Assembly: GCF_006345805.1 (NCBI RefSeq)
Contig: NC_042999.1
Location: forward strand, 20,894,001-20,958,000
DNA length: 64,000 bases
Direction of reading: 5' to 3'
Source: Octopus sinensis
Lineage: Eukaryota
Within the stretch, counting starts at the first letter, position 1. Every line of letters begins with the position of its first letter. Below the pieces are notes generated by a model. It was not told where the DNA came from. It did not search any database and worked only from the letters and a program-made list of their open reading frames with translations. Positions 57,971 to 64,000 of the stretch are shown here, one piece after another. A program made the translations under genes and the position numbers.

Positions 57971-58869
57971 TTATGTATGCATGTATGTATTATGCACATA
58001 TATGTAATATACCTGCGTGCGTGTAGATTTAGAAATATATGTATATATATTTGCATATATATATATATAGACCCACATGCATATGCATGCGCTTATATAT
58101 GTATATGTATGCATACACGTTATATAGCTACTCACAAAGACGCATACACATACTTACCTGTATACATGTACATGTAAAGTATACACACTCACGCTAATAT
58201 ATATATATATATATATATATAATCTATGTATACATGCATATATGTTTTGTGTATATATATGCATATATATGCATCGATATATTTATGCATATATTTCAAT
58301 ATATACGCATATATATATACATATACATATATATATATATGTGTATGTATATATAGTTCGATGTGTATATGCATATGTATATGTGTTTGCTTGTACATGT
58401 GCATATATGTGTGTAACGTATGCATGCTTATATGCTGATATATATGTAAATGATAAATTCATCTCTCTTTACCGACATAAGCAGCCACATCTATATACGT
58501 ATATGCAATAAGTGTGTTCCATTAGTAAGCAACCATTTTCACGCGATAAAGAAAGACATGAAATGCAATTAATTTCGTATAAAATTTATGACTAGCTTTA
58601 TTCCCTGATGTATCTAGCTTTAAACACTGCCAGTAAATATGTACCAGTAATTTACTACCTAGGTATTTCAACTAGTTATCATCATAATCGACAATTCTTA
58701 CTTATTATAGAATTTACTACCATTTCTCGTGACGGAAGCCGACGTAAATGAAACAATTTTATTCAAACTCGAATCCCCTATCCACATTTTGGTAGCTATT
58801 TAGCGTGCGAATCTTTGGACAATATCACTCACTCCTGCGTTCCTCTCATTAATGTAATAACCAGCAGTT

Positions 58870-59040
58870 AAGCAACGAGGTGACAAAATCGTTACGGCAC
58901 TGTGCCAAATGCTTAACCACATTTCGTTCTTCTTTACGTTCTGAGTTCAAATTCCGCCAAGGACGATTTGCATTTTATCCATTCAGAGTTAATAAGAAAA
59001 ATATCAGTTGAACACTGGGTTGATGTAATCGACTTAGTGG
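58870..59040 (+). mobile_element. Degenerate family A-related SINE
   Basis: TACGTTCTGAGTTCAAATTCCGCC and CACTGGGTTGATGTAATCGACTTA motifs. Confidence 0.6.
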
Positions 59041-62000
59041 ATCATTACTGTTTGGCTGAAAGTTTCCAATTTCTTTAATTTTTGTTCCAATTCATTTCAA
59101 ATTTGGCGTATTGGTGTAGTTTTGTATAGTAACCATTGTCATGAAATCCATTGCCGACATAAATCAATAATGAAAGATTTAATAGCATTCAAAGTTTGCA
59201 AATTCTGGGTAATTTTAGCCAATGGAAAGAGACAAATATATAGATGCTTGTTTCCCTAGTAACAAACCAAACTGTTACCAAGTTACTTACCACGTGCTCA
59301 TTTTATCGTTTATTAAATACTTAAAATACATGAGGTATGAGATGTGCTAAAAATAACAGTTAAATATGCCTTTAATCAACCACGATTTTTTTTTGGCTCA
59401 ATCGTATGAATTTCTGTGTCTAGAATACAAATTCGCAAACGTTTTTTGAAAATTCTAAGAAATGAAAAAGTTATGAGGGGGGTATGTGGCAAGCATTAAA
59501 CAGAGTTCTGCCAATATTTCATTTGTTTACGGTTGATAACACGTGCTTACAGGTACAAAATCACAGCTTCCAAATCCTGTTTTCTTACAGGGTAAAATTT
59601 ATCACATTTTAAACCGCTGTAACTTCTTTAAGAAAATTTTGTGCCGAAAGTGATTTATCTCCTGAGATTCAGAGTGGTAAATTACACCAATACACCAAAT
59701 TAAAAATTTTTTTCTTAGAATTTGAAATTTCTACCGGTGCAACCAAGCAGGAAAGATCCGACTTAGCCCGTCCGAGAAGTTATTGGACTTCTGTCAAATT
59801 TGAAACGAGTTCAACCAGCAGCGTTTCAAATCGTGCATTCAGGTTTTTCTAAAACCTTCATCTTGTAATAGTAACTAAGCAAGCAGATGTGAAAAGCTGT
59901 ACATAGGTGCTTGACCTGTTAGAAAACATAATAATATCTCCCTCAAATAATTCTTTGTCATAAAACAACATACACTGGTTAATGTCGTCTTAGGTTTCAA
60001 GCATATAGACAAAGACAGGTTGGTTATGTGCGGAGCGTCTTTGATCAGAAGTATGCTCACTTAGCAATGAATCGACACTAGCATTAAAAGCATCAGCAAC
60101 TATAGAGCATTGCAATAACAGCAGAAATAATGCCAACGAAATAGGGTGGACGATTTGCTGCTTGATTTGATATGTGTCTCCATCTAACTCAAAATAATTG
60201 TGCCTCCAAACAAAAGGGCTTGCTGAAAGATGTTCCCTATTATGCGTACATATGCAGCAACACAGACACAGACATGGACACACACATACACACACACACA
60301 CACACACCAACGTGTCCTAATGCAGAGGGAAATAGATTTGCTAAAACATATTTTTAACATTATTGTTGTCGGCGTTAAATCATATCCGTGTAGTTGATTT
60401 GAATCCGGTGATTGAGCCTCTTATATTGATGGGTGAGAAACATGCTAGAGCCTGGGGTGGTTGTAATGACCAAGAGGGGAATAAAAGAACCTTGTGACAT
60501 TTATCGTAGGGGTGAGATCGAAGAGGACGAGGACAAGCCTTTCCTAGACGCCGGGTTTACCATCGCTGCAGAAGTTAAGGAAAGGGCAGGAGATGCTCGT
60601 TATTCAAACCACAGCTGACCATTACGTGGTTTTGTTAATAGTGAACCAATCGCAATGTCTATGCACTTGCACGTCAACCTTCAACAGCAGCACTATTGAA
60701 TTTGGTGACATGCTCTATCTGGTTATGGTGGTTGCACTGGGTTGCAGGATGTCTTAGATATAATCGAGACCCGTGATATTCTCCAAGACGGACGGCTCTC
60801 TAACTGGACGAGCTCAATCTACCAGTAAGCAACTGGTTTTTAGGTGCTAGTAACTCGCCCTTATCCCTTATCCTGTCAGTATGAAGCAGTCCCGCCAGGC
60901 TAACATCTAGAAGTCGAGGAGGCCAGGAGCTGGTTATTTCAGATACACATCTCAGAGAAAATATCCTAAAACCGTATATTTTAACATTATAAATTTTATA
61001 AAAGTCTTTCGCATGCTTTTCAGATAACAAGTAGGGAACTGTGTGACATTTGGCCCCTATTTGAAGCGGTTCGAGCACCCATATAAATATTTCTATATTA
61101 ATGTTATGTGTAGTCTGTTACAATCTTAATGTTGTTAGCCCTGAAACAAATCTGGACGTCAGATCGTTTCTAAGCGCATGTATTGTGCCATTTTTTAAGA
61201 TGTGGACGGAGACCAGGTTTATATGAACCAGTGACACATTTTGTAAGACAGCAGAGCGACCTTGAGGGAAATATAATTGTTATTTCTTGATCCAAGTTGA
61301 TCCAGCACGTTAATGCACCCGATTTCGTACGTTATTTATAAATTTATTTATAAATTTTGGCATTGAAATTACATTCCTCGATTGGCTATCAGTTTCAAAG
61401 TATCTAAGAATAATCGAGCTGCGGATTACCTCCAATAGGGAGATAAATAGCAATTTCCATTACCCATTCTCCAACGTTCCACGCTCATCCCGATTAAGTA
61501 ATTAAATTAAACCTGTTTATGTCTGGGGAGAGTTATTTTCTTTTTGTGCCTTATAATTTAACACACTCACCGGTTAAATTTCCACTTATTTCTTATTTTT
61601 CCAGACACAACAGAATATTTCCCCAGACACAACAGAATATGCTTCAACTCACGACCTGACATAAAGAATCTTGCAAACCAAATCCCGAAACGAAATATAA
61701 TCCTGTTTAGTAATTAGTATACTTCGATTCTATTTCTTCAGCTTATTTGTATTTCTATATTATTTTGCATAGATACTTTCTTAATACATTTAATCGAATA
61801 TCTTAGTGAGAAGAGACGAAAAGGTGTATTAAAGTGCATTTACTTTCATGTCTTCCGTTGAATGAGCGGATTTCGGTTCTATGTTATGGAATCATTGGTT
61901 TTACCAAGCGTTCATAACACTCAACCTTAATTTTCATAACAAAATACCCACAACTTTATTATATTCTCCGTGTTTCAGTTATTGGCCTGCGGTCACTCTA

Positions 62001-62281
62001 GGGTACTTCATGGGTTTTAGAGGAATAAATCGATGCCAGATCTTATATTTTAAGGTCTGATTTTTATGATCATGATTTCCTTTGCTAACCCTTTGAGGTA
62101 CCGGGACGTAAACAGAGCAGCAGTGGCTGTCCTGCGGTTTTGGATGACAAAGACATAAAGGTATTTTACACATACTCATATACAAATATGTATATACGGC
62201 GGGCTTCCGTACACATTTCAGAAAAGCCAAATTGACAAAGAACTTATTGGTCAGCCCGGGGCTATAGCAGAAAGCCCTTAT

Positions 62282-62850
62282 CGAGCTGGCAGAAACGTTA
62301 GCACGCCGGGCGAAATACTTAGCGGTATTTCGTCCACCGCTGCGTTCTTAGTTCAAATTCCGCCGAGGTCGACTTTGCCTTTCATCATTTCGGGGTCGAT
62401 TAAATGAGTACCAGTTACGCACTGGGGTCGATGTAATCGACTTAATCCGTTTGTCTGTCCTTGTTTGTGCCCTCTGTGTTTAGCCCCTTGTGGGTACTAA
62501 AGAAATAGAAATAGTTATTTCGTCTGCCGTTACGTTTTGAGTTCAAATCCCGCCGAGGTCGAATTTGCCTTTCATCCTTTCGGCGTCAATTAAATAAATA
62601 CTTATTACGCACTGGGGTCGATATAATCGACTTAATCCGTTTGTCTGTCCTTATTTGTCTCCTCTATGTTTAGCGCCTTGTGTGTAATAAAGAAATAGGT
62701 ATTTCGTCAGCCGCTACGTTCTGAGTTCAAATTCCACCGAGGTCGACTTTGCCTTTCATTCTTTCGGGGTGGATTAAATAAGTAACAGTTACGCACTGGG
62801 GTCCGTCCTTGTTTGTTCCCTCTGTATGTAGACACTTTTGGGCAGTAGAA
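62282..62850 (+). mobile_element. Head-to-tail trimer of family A SINE
   Basis: One full copy, then two head-truncated copies each restarting at TATTTCGTC (62326, 62516, 62700). A degenerate minus-strand family B copy lies just upstream (~61955-62280). Confidence 0.9.
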
Positions 62851-63881
62851 AATAAGAAAGCACTTATCGAATTGAATCCGGAACCCGTTCAGTTGAATTG
62901 AACTCGGAACGACATGGTTACATTGTGAGCTTTTAACCACACAGTCATAACTGCGCATGTATATACAACTCGAAAATGATTAACCCTACTGTGCTCCCGT
63001 AAATAGTTGCGAGTATTCTTGTTTTTATACATATTGATTTCGTTATTTAGCAACCGAGAAAACGTGACCAAATAGCTGTGACAGTAATATAAACGATCCT
63101 GTATTCAACTTCAGTTTTATGTTTTCAATTTACAAGTGATATACTTGGGGTGGAAATGAGTTTTAAAGAATAAGGATGACATTTACAAATCTTGCATTCA
63201 CGTTCAAGCAGAAATACTATGAAATAAACAAAGAGAAAATAGAGTAAACAGTCAAAGATATAACCAGAAATAAAGTAGCCAATTCTATTTATTAAATTAT
63301 AATAGAAGTTTAACATGTACATAATTAAGTACAAGTGTTAATGTAAGGAGTGTGGAAATGTTCAGACGCTTTCGGGAAACGAACAATAAATTCACACAAA
63401 TGATTTCGTTAAAAAATTTGAGCAAGTCAATAGAATTCATGTACGTTCTCAAGCATTGCGATAGCCGTGATAGTTCCCACAGTTGAAGAATTAAAAGATT
63501 CTATAAAATAAAGGAACTACTTGACATTAAGCTGTTTTCTCAATACAAGTGGCACCCTGGTGATTTTAGATTTTACAGTGCCCTAAAAAATGCTGTTGTT
63601 CATAATTTAATGATTTCACAATTGTTGTGCCCGATTTCACGCTAAGAGAAAGAGAGATTAAAGCAAGTATAAAATGATAATATTGAAGGTGAAATATCAG
63701 TAGGTATATACTGTATTTAGAACAGACATCTATATATGTTACATAAGTTATTATAGTTTGATATTTAGAATTGTACGCCAAAAGGAAGAACCAGCTTCTC
63801 GCACATCAGCGTGTCATTGATCGCAACTTGCAGCACCAACGCGGTAATTATGTTCCTTAGCATGTATGTATGTATATATGT

Positions 63882-64000
<119 letters not shown>

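Noticed and set aside
59100-59860. Possible non-autonomous DNA transposon
   Set aside because: No terminal inverted repeats or TSD could be identified by eye.
60400-60960. GC-richer block resembling a LINE 5' region
   Set aside because: No diagnostic motif or second copy in the window, so it cannot be classified.

Overview
Gene-poor, very AT-rich eukaryotic DNA full of (TA)n/(CA)n/(ATT)n microsatellites. The repeat content (three to four tRNA-derived SINE families, mariner, CR1/L2-like and HERO-like LINE relics, Helitron-like elements, MITEs) points to a coleoid cephalopod, most likely Octopus; this is inferred from repeat content. No protein-coding gene could be recognised. Most ORFs in the supplied track are microsatellite translations, and the only recognisable peptides are transposon relics. 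The main signal is RNA-structural. A 557-bp unit is tandemly repeated about six times (16.76-20.10 kb; ~1.9 copies forward, then ~4.1 inverted), and each unit carries a type I hammerhead-ribozyme-like core with a palindromic stem III. A diverged homologue at 4.94-5.50 kb shows compensatory stem changes and folds back at about the same internal position. At least six other short (TA)n/(ATT)n-associated elements carry hammerhead-like cores, one of them canonical (50.8 kb). Together this suggests a Penelope-like or retrozyme-like population of ribozyme-bearing repeats. Other notable structures: an inverted duplication bounded by Tigger-like ends, several long hairpins, a MITE with internal TTAGGG-like repeats, and tandem duplications. 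All calls come from reading by eye; no alignment, folding or database search was run.
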